Of a DNA stretch of 64,000 nucleotides, positions 46,569 to 58,337 are shown one piece after another. The notes beneath the pieces are model-generated. The model saw only the letters and a program-made list of their open reading frames with translations, had not been told where the DNA came from and made no database searches. The stretch is from Anthoceros angustus. Lineage: Eukaryota; Plantae; Anthocerotophyta. Where the stretch lies: positions 254,232 to 318,231 of the forward strand of contig MU008211.1 in NCBI GenBank assembly GCA_010909165.1. The letters are read 5' to 3'. Position 1 is the first letter of the stretch, and each line of letters opens with the position of its first letter. Position numbers and translations under genes: made by a program.

Positions 46569-48080
46569 TGTGGTGGGAGGTTCCCGGGACCCCCGGAACC
46601 CTCAGCCCTGTAGCGGCCATACTTATCCCACTATCGGTTCGTACAGTAGGTTTCGTTCCCACGAAGGAGTGGGGGAGCCCTTCCCCGCACGGATGGAGGG
46701 TGTGCCCTCCAGACCTCTCGACTCTCGGCCTCCGTCTGGCGCCCGATTATTCTGCTGCCCCTCCTACTAGCGCCACCTGACCCACTAGGTAAGTCACACT
46801 ACCACCTATGCGCGATGACTTGAGTGTAGACCTCATGTGAGCACCGCCCAAGCTGCAGTGGCGACCACGGGACCCCGGACCACCGCGATGAACAATCCTC
46901 CACCAGTATGATCCTACACTTCCTAAGACCCTCCTCTTTCTCTTTTCTCTTTTCTCTTTTCTCTTTTCTCTTTTCTCTTTCTCTTTTCTCTTTTCTCTTT
47001 CTCTTTTCTCTTTCTCTTTCTCTTTTCTCTTTCTCTTTTCTCTTTCTCTTTCTCTTTCTCTTTTCTCTTTCTCTTTCTCTTTCTCTTCTCTTCTCCTTTC
47101 TTCTCTAATCTACCTCTTCCACTCTTCCTAGCTACCTACTCACAGGCGCCTCCACCGTCACCCAAGTGGGCGTTGTGTGGTGGGAGGTTCCGGGACCCCG
47201 GAACCCTCGGCCACTTAGCGCCACTTATCCCACTATCGGTTAAAGCGGTGGGTTTCGTTCCCACGAAGAGTGGGGAGCCCTTCCCGCCGGATGGAGGTGT
47301 GCCCTCCAGACCTCTCGACTCTCACCCGGCCTCCGTCTGGCGCCCGATTGACTAACCGCCTCCTACTAGCGCCCTGCCCGGGGTGACCCACACTAGGTAA
47401 GTCACACTATACGCGATGACCGGCCGCGTAGACCTCATCGCGAGCCGCCCAAGCTGCAGTGGCGACCACGGGACCCCGGACCACTGTGATGAACAATCCT
47501 CCCGTGCGCAAATCCTACACTTCCTAAGACCCTCCTCTTTCTCTTTTCTCTTTTCTCTTTTCTCTTTTCTCTTTTCTCTTTTCTCTTTTCTCTTTTCTCT
47601 TTCTCTTTTCTCTTTTCTCTTTTCTCTTTTCTCTTTCTCTTTCTCTTTCTCTTTCTCTTTTCTCTTTCTCTTTCTCTTTCTCTTCTCTTCTCCTTTCTTC
47701 TCTAATCTACCTCTTCCACTCTTCCTAGCTACCTATCGTACAGGCGCCTCCAGCTCCCCACAGTGCCTCGGATCATAGGGTAGTGCCCTCACGGTCCTAG
47801 GCCGGACATCTGGCTGAGACCTCATGGCAGGAATTTATTAGGGACCTCCTTCACCCGCCCCAGCATGCCGTCTGCTGCAGCCTGGCAGCTCCCTCACCGC
47901 TCAAACACTCCCCAACTGCTACCTCAACAAAGAAAGGCGTGGGCCCAGCCCTTGCCCTGGTTACCGCACCTCAAGACCCTACCAGACACCATGCACCCTC
48001 ACACGGTCGGCAAGCACGTTTGCGTAGCAAACAAGCACACACAGGTCAGGAGAGCAAGGCATGATATTTTATTATGGGAG
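46569..48080 (-). mobile_element. Partial copy of the 9700-12447 element inserted in copia F gag, with a tandem duplication and (TTTTCTC)n microsatellites
   Basis: Homologous to 9700-10641. The unit 46535-47145 is repeated from 47146, including flanking gag bases, and is joined at GCCTCCA microhomology. Confidence 0.8.
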
Positions 48081-49661
48081 TTAACACCATAAATTTTGAA
48101 GGGGAGGAATATACAAACCCCTTTCAAGGAAAAAATAACCCCTTTGACGGAAAAGACACCATCCTCAAACTGCGGAAAACGGCTGGTTTCAGAATACAGA
48201 CACCATCCGTGTATGCATATCCATAGCGGAAAACCAAACTGAACAGGACAACCCCCACACAAACCCCACATGTCGCCGGCCGGCCGGCGCCACTGCTTAC
48301 TACAAACAAAGCACAGTGTAACAACAAAATTAGAGAAAAGTCCCATTGTTAAATTTAAAAGGGTTCGGAAACATCCGGAACATGCATGTATTCTCGTAGT
48401 AGCAAAACTAGCAAAACTAAACACCTACACCGCTAAGCGCGAATTTTGCTAATCGGCGTCGATGTTCTATCGTGAGGGCTTGTATGTGAGTCCACCATTG
48501 CATCCGGGCCAGAATCCTCTACAAGTGCCAAATTCGCATCGCTCCATCTCCTGTGCGTCAAAGCTATCATTCGCACATAAAACTCTTTGGTCTTCATTGA
48601 TATCATTTTGGGTGTAAATGCGTTTGTCGGGTCGACACGCCATACACATCAATGTCTGTCCATCGTCCATAAGCTCGCGGTTGTCGTCTTTAACCTCTTC
48701 GCACTCAATGCCACGACTTGGGCTTTCAAGCAGTCTTTCTCACTAATACAAACCTCTTTGGCCCAGAACTGAGATGGTCCCCTTCGGTGCGGCTCAAAGT
48801 TAGCTCCTAAATGCATCGGGCAAGACATCAACACCGTGTATGCGCTGACAATGTAACCTGCGCATCTCAAGTCCGCCTCTATTGCAATACGATTCGGCCT
48901 GCAACACAAAGCGCTAGTGTCGTAGTCCCACCTCGAGCATGCATCAATAACCCGTCTCCCTCCTTGGAGAATGTTCTCACGAAGTTTCATCATAAGACCC
49001 AATGGTCTCGGTATGGGCACACTACCAACTTGTCATGAGGCAGTAAACTTTGTTTCTTGACGATGAGTGTCCAATATGATCTTCCATTGTTGAAGGTCCC
49101 ATGCATCACATTTGGCATCATGGCAGTGTCATGACACCCTGGTGTTGTGTTCGGTGAAGGGGTATGTGGGTGCATGCATGTGCATGAATGTGGTATGTAT
49201 GTCCGCTTATGGACATGCATGCATGGTGGGCATGCATGCATGCATGTGCATGCGATCTGAACGTATGCATGAGTTCGAGGATGGCCACAAATCGCGTGTG
49301 GGTGGCGGTGTCAAAATCGTGATCACCGTAATTGCGGAATTATTGAGAGCCGCGTTCTGAGGCATCGCCGTCTTTTCGGAGGTGTCAAGGCGCGCCGAGG
49401 CACCGATTTGGCGAGAGAAGGCGCGCCAAGCGTATAAGATAGCAAGCGGCGAACGGATTATGTTTGTTCGAGGCGTACGGATCCCAAGCGTAGCATAACG
49501 AAGTTTCCTTGGACAGAGCTCTTGGAAGTGTGGATGAGCGAGTTGGATCCTACATCAGGCGAAATGAAATTTTGCACATCAATCCCTTGAAATTTGGATC
49601 GTGACAAAGGTGGTCTTGACTTAGCCGAGTCTTGTGAAGGCAAGGACATCACAGAAGGACG

Positions 49662-50990
49662 GTGGAGCATACAGATAAGTCCATGGTGAACTGTGATGAG
49701 GGTGCTGTAGACTACTCGGTGTTGTTTTATGCGGGTCGGTCCATTCTGCATTTAGCTGCCCTAGCAGAACTAGAACCCGCATATTTGTGGCAGAGGTTGT
49801 GGGATGAAGTGATTGACAAACTGTCATGGTTGGCTGATTGGACGGAAGGGGGAGCCAACACTAACTTTGATGAAATGCCATACATAATTCTCGCAAAGGA
49901 AGGGATTGGTAAGGTAATGGTGTTTCTGCGGTCTGGGTGGACAAACGAGTTTACTCCTACTCAGGAAGCTCGCAGTCCTGTCACACAATATCCCTCAGTC
50001 CATAAGCCAAGTGGTCAGATTGAGAGGGTGTATAGTCCCATCCGATCCATAGCATTTGAAGAGAGTGGTAGTGGAGTCGGAATGGAATACGAGATAGCGC
50101 CTAGTAAAAATGATGTGTTCACCGGACATGGCGGCATGTCTTGGTTGAGGAAAAGTTCAGGTGGGCAATCGATGAGATGGTGCTCAAGTACAAGTCCGAA
50201 TTCACGCCCGAAATGGCACTAAGGAAGATGAGCACGTTTCTTGCAGGAGAGGCACTGACTTGCTACCGTGACTGCAAGGATCAGATCTTGCAGGATGCGC
50301 GGGCTCTGGCCAGGGCAAGAATGGCCAAGAAGATGTTGAAAGTAGATGAAGAGGAGGAGTCGTCCAGTTCCACACAAACTGATGCCATCACGTACCTGGT
50401 GGACGAAATGTTCTCCAAATTCGCGGAAATGTTTCCGGTAGCCTCTATAGAGAAGATTCAGGAGCTGTCGAAGTTCACCATCAAGCCCAACGAACCTCTC
50501 AGATCCGCCTATTTGAGGCTGAGGCAACTGGTGAAAGACACGCGTGTGAAGACGATGCGGGAAGCCGCCCAGATCTACATAGCTGCCCTTCCGGGAAGAC
50601 AAAGAAGAGTGATTGCTAATTTCCTGCACATGATGCATGGTGCCGACTATGAGCTAGAACAAGCCTATGAGATGGCCGAACGGGTCATGAAGGGCGACGC
50701 GGTGACAAGTGCTTACTGGGAGGAGCACAATCTGGTGAGAGGACAGCAGCATGCCATGAACAACCCAAGGTTTCAAGGAAGAACCACGCAGTAGCAGCAC
50801 ACTCGGTGAACTGCAGGAATTCACCAAGAACCACGCCAGCAGCGCAGCCACCAACAAAGCCACGGTGAAATGTCTTATGCGAGGGCCGCACAAGGCCTTC
50901 AGTGTGAGTATCGGGTTGGGGGACGAAGGAGAAGGAGCAATGCGAGCGTGTGCCAAAACCGGACATGGCGGCATGTTGGCGGCTCATCCG
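49662..50990 (+). pseudogene. gag: Gypsy gag (frameshifted) with degenerate zinc knuckle
   Basis: FTGHGG..W, FLAGEALTCY, IQELSKFTIKPNEPLRSAYLRL; CxxC..GH..C remnant at ~50940-50980. Confidence 0.7.
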
Positions 50991-51240
50991 AATTAAGCCA
51001 AAGGGGTTGTGGAGCGGATGTACGCCAAGGCAAAATCAACGGAGGTACACACGGCGCGCTCGATGAGGTGCAGTGCAAGAAAAGCTAGCCATGAGTGTAA
51101 GCACGAAGCTCGGTTGCTATCGAGGATTATGATTCGGATCCGGTGTATGCGCTAATGGCCACAATGCACGAGGATGAGCGGACTAGCGTCGACACAGGTG
51201 GGCGGCGAAGAAAGAAGGGTGAGGAAAGGAATCACTCAAG

Positions 51241-51885
51241 ATGCCCAAATCCTTTAGGCGTATGAAGATCGGGAGGAGCGGACGTCAAGAGAAATCACCC
51301 GATCTTGAACTTATGCTCGAGAAGGTGATGGATGTGCCCGTGATGAGCTTGCGTGACCTGGGAGTCAAGACGCAACCGTTTAAACAGGCCATGAAGGCCT
51401 GGATGCAAAAGTCTGCGGGGACGGTGTGGATCGTCGGCCCTCGTGGGGATCACACCCGGAGCAGGGGCAAAGGAGGCATTGCCATGGTCAATAATCAAGG
51501 TCGGGAGGTAACGGTCAACGGCTTTGCTCCAGAATATGTGTTGGTGGATACAGGCGCGGACCCAGTGTTGCTCGGGGCACGGGTACAGAAGGCTCTCCAG
51601 CTATACGGGGATAAGCTTAAGCCATGTGAAGTGCACATTACCACATCTGCAGGAACCAAGGAACGGGTGATGGGAATGACTCGTGAGCCAGTACGCATAG
51701 AGTTCAAGCCAGGCACAAAAGATGCCTCTATCATCGAAGTTCATTGCTTGGTGTCTAACGCAAGGAATTACGATGTGCTACTTGTGATGCCACGCCGCGG
51801 CCCGGCAATGGGGGTGCACTCGAGCGTTTATAGGCGGTGGCGGGATGGGGACTTCACACAAGTGGCCGGGATCCGCTTGATATGA
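51241..51885 (+). CDS. Gypsy aspartic protease domain
   Basis: VLVDTGADPVLLG and YDVLL motifs. Confidence 0.85.
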   Translation: MPKSFRRMKIGRSGRQEKSPDLELMLEKVMDVPVMSLRDLGVKTQPFKQAMKAWMQKSAGTVWIVGPRGDHTRSRGKGGIAMVNNQGREVTVNGFAPEYVLVDTGADPVLLGARVQKALQLYGDKLKPCEVHITTSAGTKERVMGMTREPVRIEFKPGTKDASIIEVHCLVSNARNYDVLLVMPRRGPAMGVHSSVYRRWRDGDFTQVAGIRLI

Positions 51886-52189
51886 GGCGACATCTTTGAG
51901 AGATCGATAGCATGATTGCATTCACGGCTGTCTGGTGACATTGTGCACGAGCAAGTGGTGTGGGAAGAAACTCGGGAACTCGTGCGGGAAGAGGAGGAGG
52001 CGTCAAAGCGGTGGGTGTATGTATGTAAAAAAAACCCCTTGCGAAAGCTTTGGCCCGGAGCTCACCCGACAAAGCCGAACTAAGTGTGGCAGCCACCGAT
52101 GTGTGTCCGAAAAATGTTTGCCAGTTGGGAGCCTTAGGCAGCGCGCTTTAAGGATCAATACGGATGTGATTCGGTGGCAACCTGACGAG

Positions 52190-55050
52190 CGAGGTATACA
52201 CCTCATGGAGCTGTGTTCAGGGATCAGTAGCGGGCTTGAAGCGGTATTGAAGAGTGGAATACGGGTGAGGAAATACACGTGTGTTGAAGTGGACGAGAAG
52301 GCACGTGCAGTAGCCAAATCCAGGATTATCAGGATGCAAAGGGCGTATCCCGGACTACTAAGCATGGAGGCAGTGAAGGGATGTCAGAGCAGGTTACCCC
52401 ACGACGTCAGATTGGTAGGAAACGGCGGTGAAGCGATCAGTGCCCGGTCGATATCTTTGCTACGGGATGGGAATGCGGGGCGTTTTCGGGGCGGTTGTGG
52501 AAAGGGTGACGGTGTGGAAGTGGCTGCGAAATGTCGGGATTAGGAAGAATGCAGTCAATCAATCCCACTTGTACGTCTTTGGAGAATGTGTGCGGAGCAT
52601 TCGATAAACGTGAACATGTGAGGAGGCTACGGCTCGAAGTTGGATAGGAGAGGAATTCATTATTGATCTGCGAAGCGGGCTCATCGCCACCGGGTCTCGA
52701 AGTTTTGGACAAAGCGTGACCGGTGTAGAGGTTCTCGAGGCAACCGTGAGTTGACCAAACCAGAAAGCGATATGTGGATGACATCTTAGAAGAGGCGACG
52801 CTCACACGGTGCGGAAGATGGACAAACCTCCACGATTTCCGTAAATAAGGTTGGGAAGCCGAAGGGCTGGCCCACACTCGTAAGGGCCAATCTTATGCCT
52901 TTGAGAGATCGAGATAGCATGATTGCATTCACGGCTGTCTGGTGACATTGTGCATGCAAGTGGTGTGGGAAGAAACTCGGGAACTCGTGCGGGAAGAGGC
53001 GGGAGGCGTCAAAGCGGTGGGTGTATGTATGTAAAAAAAACCCCTTATCGAAAGCTTTGGCCCGGAGCTCACCCGACAAAGCGAAGGTGTGGCAGCCACC
53101 GTGTGTCCGAAAAATGTTTGCCAGTTGGGAGCCTTAGGCAGCGCGCTTTAAGGATCAATACGGATGTGATTCGGTGGCAACGGCGGTATACACCTCATGG
53201 GCTGTTCAGGATCGATGGCGGGCTTGAAGCGGTATTGAAGAGTGGAATACGGGTGAGGAAATACACGTGTGTTGAAGTGGGCGAGAAGGCACGCGTGGCC
53301 AAATCCGGGATTATCGGGATGCAAAGGGCGTATCCGGACTACTAAGCATGGAGGCGGTGAAGGATGTCGAGCGAGTTACCCCACGACGTCGATTGGTAGG
53401 AAGCAGAAGCGGTCAGTGCCCGGTCGATATCTTTGCTACGGGATGGGAATGCGGGGCGTTTTCGGGGCGGTTGTGGAAAGGGTGACGGTGTGGAAGTGGC
53501 TGCAATGTCGGATCGAAGGAAATGCATCAATCAATCCCACTTGCTTTGCGTCTTTGGAGAATGTGTGCGGAGCATTCGATAAACGTGAACATGTGAGGAG
53601 GCTACGGCGGCTCGGTTGGATAGGAGAGGAATTCATTATTGATCTTTGCGCCAGGGCTCATCATGCCGGTGCGAAGTTTTGGACAAAGCGTGACCGGTGT
53701 AGAGGTTCTCGGGCAACACCGTGAGTTGACCAAACCAGAAACGATATGTGGATGACATCTTAGAAGAGGCGGACGCTCCCGGTCGGAAGATGGACAAACC
53801 TCCACGATTTCCGTAAATAAGGTTGGGAAGCCGAAGGGCTGGCCCACACTCGTAAGGGCGCAATCTTATGCCTTTCGGAGGCGGGGGCACCGTGGTGGAT
53901 CTCGCTGGAAATGAGGTAGGTGAGCCCACGGTGATGGAGCCGAAGGGCCATGGGGTTTGATCGACGGACCATCACGCGGGCATTTCTGAAACATATCGAT
54001 GCAAGTTGCTGGGTCAAGCGTTTGATCGACACACTGCAATGGGTTGAACGTGGGTCTCGCCACACAAATAGATATGTGCAAGGCGGGAGGTGATATGCAT
54101 CTGTCAGTGCTTGAAGAAGGCGAGTTTCCAATACAGCGTCACAAAGGAGGTCATACGGCGAACACTGCGGGGGATGACGACAAGAGAGAACAGTGACAGC
54201 GTAAACTCAACACATGAGTGGCGGATATGAAGAGTTAGAAGAAGCCGATCAACGGAAGATTCGGGATATATGCGTACAGACACCTTCGCGTTGTGGGAGG
54301 CGGTGAAGGATGTCGAGCGAGTTACCCCACGACGTCGATTGGTAGGGAACGCTGAAGCGATCAGTGCCCGGTCGATATCTTTGCTACGGGATGGGAATGC
54401 GGGGCGTTTTCGGGGCGGTTGTGGAAAGGGTGACGGTGTGGAAGTGGCTGCAATGTCGGATTGAAGGAAGTACGGTCAATCAATCCCACTTGATGGTCGA
54501 ATGTGTGCGGAGCATTCGATAAACGTGAACATGTGAGGAGGCTACGGCTCGAAGTTGGATAGAGAGGAATTCATTATTGATCTTTGCGCAAGCGGGCTCA
54601 TCCCACCGGTGCGAAGTTTTGGACAAACGTGACGGTGTAGAGGTTCTCGGGCAACACCGTGAGTTGACCAAAGAAAGCGATATGTGGATGACATCTTAGA
54701 AGAGGCGGACGCTCTCACGGCCGGTGCGGAAGATGGACAAACCTCCACGATTTCCGTAAATAAGGTTGGGAAGCCGAAGGGCTGGCCCACACTCGTAAGG
54801 GGGCCCAATCTTATGCCTTTCGGAGAGGCGGGGGCACCGTGGTGGATCTCGGAAATGAGGTAGGTGAGCCCACGATGGAGCCGAAGGGCCATGGGGTTTG
54901 ATGCGGGGGACCATCACGCGGGCATTTCAAACATATCGATGCAAGTTCTTTGGGTCAAGCGTTTGATCGACTTGCAATGGCTGTTGAACGTGGGTCCGCC
55001 ACACAAATATGTGCAAGGCGGAGGTGATATGCATCTATCTGCTTGAAGAA
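52190..55050 (+). CDS. DNMT3-like C5 cytosine DNA methyltransferase domain within gypsy pol, present as three overlapping tandem partial copies, frameshifted
   Basis: Motif I LMELCSGISSG (52202); II YTCVEVD; IV PVDIFATGWEC (52444); VI LENV (~52579); VIII IID..AH(R)..FWT (~52660, 53635, 54575); IX-X EPTVME..RAMGF..ISETYRCKLLGQAFD (~53922-54025). Confidence 0.85.
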
Positions 55051-55199
55051 GGCGAGTTTCCAATCAAAGGAGAGGTCATACGGCGAACACTGCAGGGCTG
55101 ACGACAAGAGAGAGCGACGTAAACTCAACACATGAGTGGCGGATATGCGAAGAGTTAGAAGATCGGAAGATTCGGGATATCTGCGAACGGCACACCTTC

Positions 55200-58074
55200 G
55201 CGTTTAGGCGAAATGAGGCGGTATGATCGTATCAAGTTCAAGATCACCACTACCACCAATGAACGATTATTGGAGAGGCCGGTGAGTCCCATGGAGTGGG
55301 ACATTGTGGATAGGAGATGCAAGGAGGTGGCGGTGGACTAATCAGAAAGTCTACCTCGCAATATGCTGCGGCAACTGTGTTGCCGTTAAAAAAGGACGAG
55401 AATGGCGAATGGAACGACAGAAGGATGTGTGGAGACTATCGTGCTTTGAATGAGGTGACACCCATGGAGCGATATCCCATGCCGACGCCGGATGAAATCT
55501 TTGATGCCATTGGACAGGCCAAGTATTTCACTACATTGGATTTCCGGTCAGGATTCAATCAAATAGTCATCGAAGAAAGAGACAAGTGCAAGACCGCGTT
55601 TTGGGGTAAGGACCAGCTGTGGGAGTGGGAAACAATGCCATTTGGTTTGAAAAACGCATCCATTTATTTTCATTGGTGGGCGATTTGTTCTGAGGGGATC
55701 GTTTGTAAGATGTTACATCGACGACATCTTAGTGTTCAGTGACAGCCTGGAAGAACATCTCCAACACCTTGAGATTTTCTTTGCAAAGATTGGCCAAATC
55801 AGGTTGAAGGCACACCCAAAGAAATGCAAGTTTGCTTACAAGGAGATAGAGTACTTGGGGCATAAGATAGTTCCGGTGGGGTGTTGCCTCGGTGGCCAAG
55901 GTGCGGGCAATTGATCTCATGCCCGGCCTAGAGACATTCGCCTTAAGGGCATTTTGGGACTTGTCAATTACTACGCACGGTTTGTCCGAAACATGAGCAT
56001 ATGCAAGGTGTATGAATTGCTCAAGAAGGAGTGCCTTGGCGATGGGGACAAGCAGAAGAGGCTTGGCGAGTTGAAGAACCAAAGCTAGCGGAAGGCCAAT
56101 GCTCAAAAGGCTGATTTTGATAAGCCATTTGTCTTATATACTGAGTGCGGCTGGTCTTGGGCCTTAGACATGTGAAGAAGGAAAGGAGCGAGTTGTCGCA
56201 TATGCAAGTAGGTCCAACAATGCTGCGGAAGCAAACTACTCATCGTATGAAGGGGAATGCCTGGCTGCAGTTTGGGCGGTTTTACATTTCAGAGTGTATT
56301 TGTTTGGCCTGAGCTTTCAACTTGTCACAGATCATCAGCCCCTTCACTGGCTGATGACAAATATGAAACTGAGTGGAAAACTTGCCCGATGGGCGCTTTT
56401 ACTGTCAGAATATGACATGCAGATTGTGCACCGAGCGGGTAAAGTGCATCTCAATGCCGGTCTCGAGAAACCCAATGTGCGACAAAGGAGGTCATACGGC
56501 GAACACTGCGGGGGCTGGCGACAAGAGAGAACAGCGTAAACTCAACACATGAGTGGCAGATATGCGAAGAGTTAGAAGAAGCCGATCAACAGAAGATTCG
56601 GGATATCTTGCGTGGCACACCCGCGTTTAAATTTGAGTAGGCGGTATGATCGTATCAAGTTCAAGATCACCACTACCACCAATGAACCGATTGAGACCGA
56701 GTCCCATGGAGTGGGACATTGTGGATAGGAGATGCAAGGAGCTGGCGGCTGGACTAATCGGAAAGTCTACCTCGCAATATCTTGCGCAAGTTAAAAGACG
56801 AGAATGGCGAATGGAACGAGAAGGATGTGTGGAGACTATCGTGCTTTGAATGAGGTGACACCCATGGAGCGATATCCCATGCCCGGATGAAATCTTTGAT
56901 GCCATTGGATGCCAAGTATTTCACTACATTGGATTTCCGGTCGATTCAATCAAATAGTCATCGAAGAAAGAGACAAGTGCAAGACCGCGTTTTGGGGTAA
57001 GGACCACTGTGGGAGTGGGAAACAATGCCATTTGGTTTGAAAACGCATCCATTTATTTTCATTGGTGGGCGATTTGGTTCTGAGGGGTTAAGATGTTACA
57101 TCGACATCTTAGTGTTCGATGTGACTGGAAGAACATCTCCAACACCTTGAGATTTTGCTGCAAAGATTGGCCAAATCAGGATTGAAGGCACACCCAAAGA
57201 AATGCAAGTTTGCTTACAAGGAGATAGAGTACTTGGGGCATAAGATAGTTCCAGGTGGGGTGTTGCCTCAGCTGGCCAAGGTGCGGGCAATTGATCTCAT
57301 GCCCGGCCTAGAGACATTGCTGCCTTAAGGGCATTTCTGGGACTTGTCAATTACTACCGCCGGTTTGTCCGAAACATGAGCAGCATATGCAAGGTACTGT
57401 ATGAATTGCTCAAGAAGGGAGTGCCTTGGCGATGGGGACGAGAACAGGAACAGGCTTGGCAGGAGTTGAAGAACCAGCTAGCGGAAAGGCCAATACTCAA
57501 AAGGCCTGATTTTGATAAGCCATTTGTCTTATATACGGACTGGAGTGCGGCTGGTCTTGGAGCTGTGCTGGCCCAGACAGATGAAGAAGGAAAGGAGCGA
57601 GTTGTCGCATATGCAAGCAAGTCTAACAATGCTGCGGAAGCAAACTACTCATCGTATGAAGGGGAATGCCTGGCTGCAATTTGGGCGGTTTTACATTTCA
57701 GAGTGTATTTGTTTGGTGAGCTTTCAACAGCGGATCATCAGCCCCTTCACTGGCTGATGACAAATATGAAACTGAGTGGAAAACTTGCCCGATGGGCGCT
57801 TTTACTGTCAGAATATGACATGCAGATTGTGCACCGAGCGGGTAAAGTGCATCTCAATGCCGACGGTCTCAGTAGAAACCCAATGTGCGACAAAGGAGAT
57901 GTGACTGGAGCAAGGCAGGACTTTAAACTCATTCAAAGCATGCCCAGTTATTACATGGCCCTGATGTCTACAGAACAGGAAGATGGAAGGCAACTGGCTG
58001 AGGGAGGAAGAGACATATGGAAGAATGAGCAAGCTATTACACGGATGGACAGTCCGGTATGGATGCCTCGGTAG
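55200..58074 (+). pseudogene. Gypsy reverse transcriptase-RNase H, duplicated in tandem (55200-56487; 56488-58074)
   Basis: RRMCGDYRALN, LDFRSGFNQI, KTAFWG, MPFGLKNA, YIDD, PKKCKF, FLGLVNYYRRF, LYTDWS, EGECLA, DHQPL, NADGLSR. Confidence 0.92.
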
Positions 58075-58337
58075 CAAAAACTACAACGGAAAATCGCTCG
58101 TTACACTTGAAAAGCGGTAAGGTGTGGGTCACGGATCGTGGAGTGCTCAAGGAAGTACCACCCATAGGAGAGAGGAGGCAATTGGTGACCAAGGTACATG
58201 TCACGCTTGGCCACTTTGGAGTGAAGCGGACTCATCATATGTTGAAAATGCGTACTTTTGGTCGGGTATGCGAGACGTTGAAAAGGTGGTGGCCAAATGT
58301 GCAGCGTGTGATGCGATAAAGGCCGATTCTCCATAAG

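Noticed and set aside
46908-47778. F/S/L-rich ORFs that look like membrane proteins (also 10154-10360)
   Set aside because: They are translations of (TTTTCTC)n microsatellites.
52190-55050. Bacterial restriction-modification methylase or host DRM/CMT gene
   Set aside because: It sits between gypsy protease and RT on the same strand, with no cognate nuclease, no visible introns, no UBA/BAH/chromo domains, and non-permuted DNMT3-like motifs.
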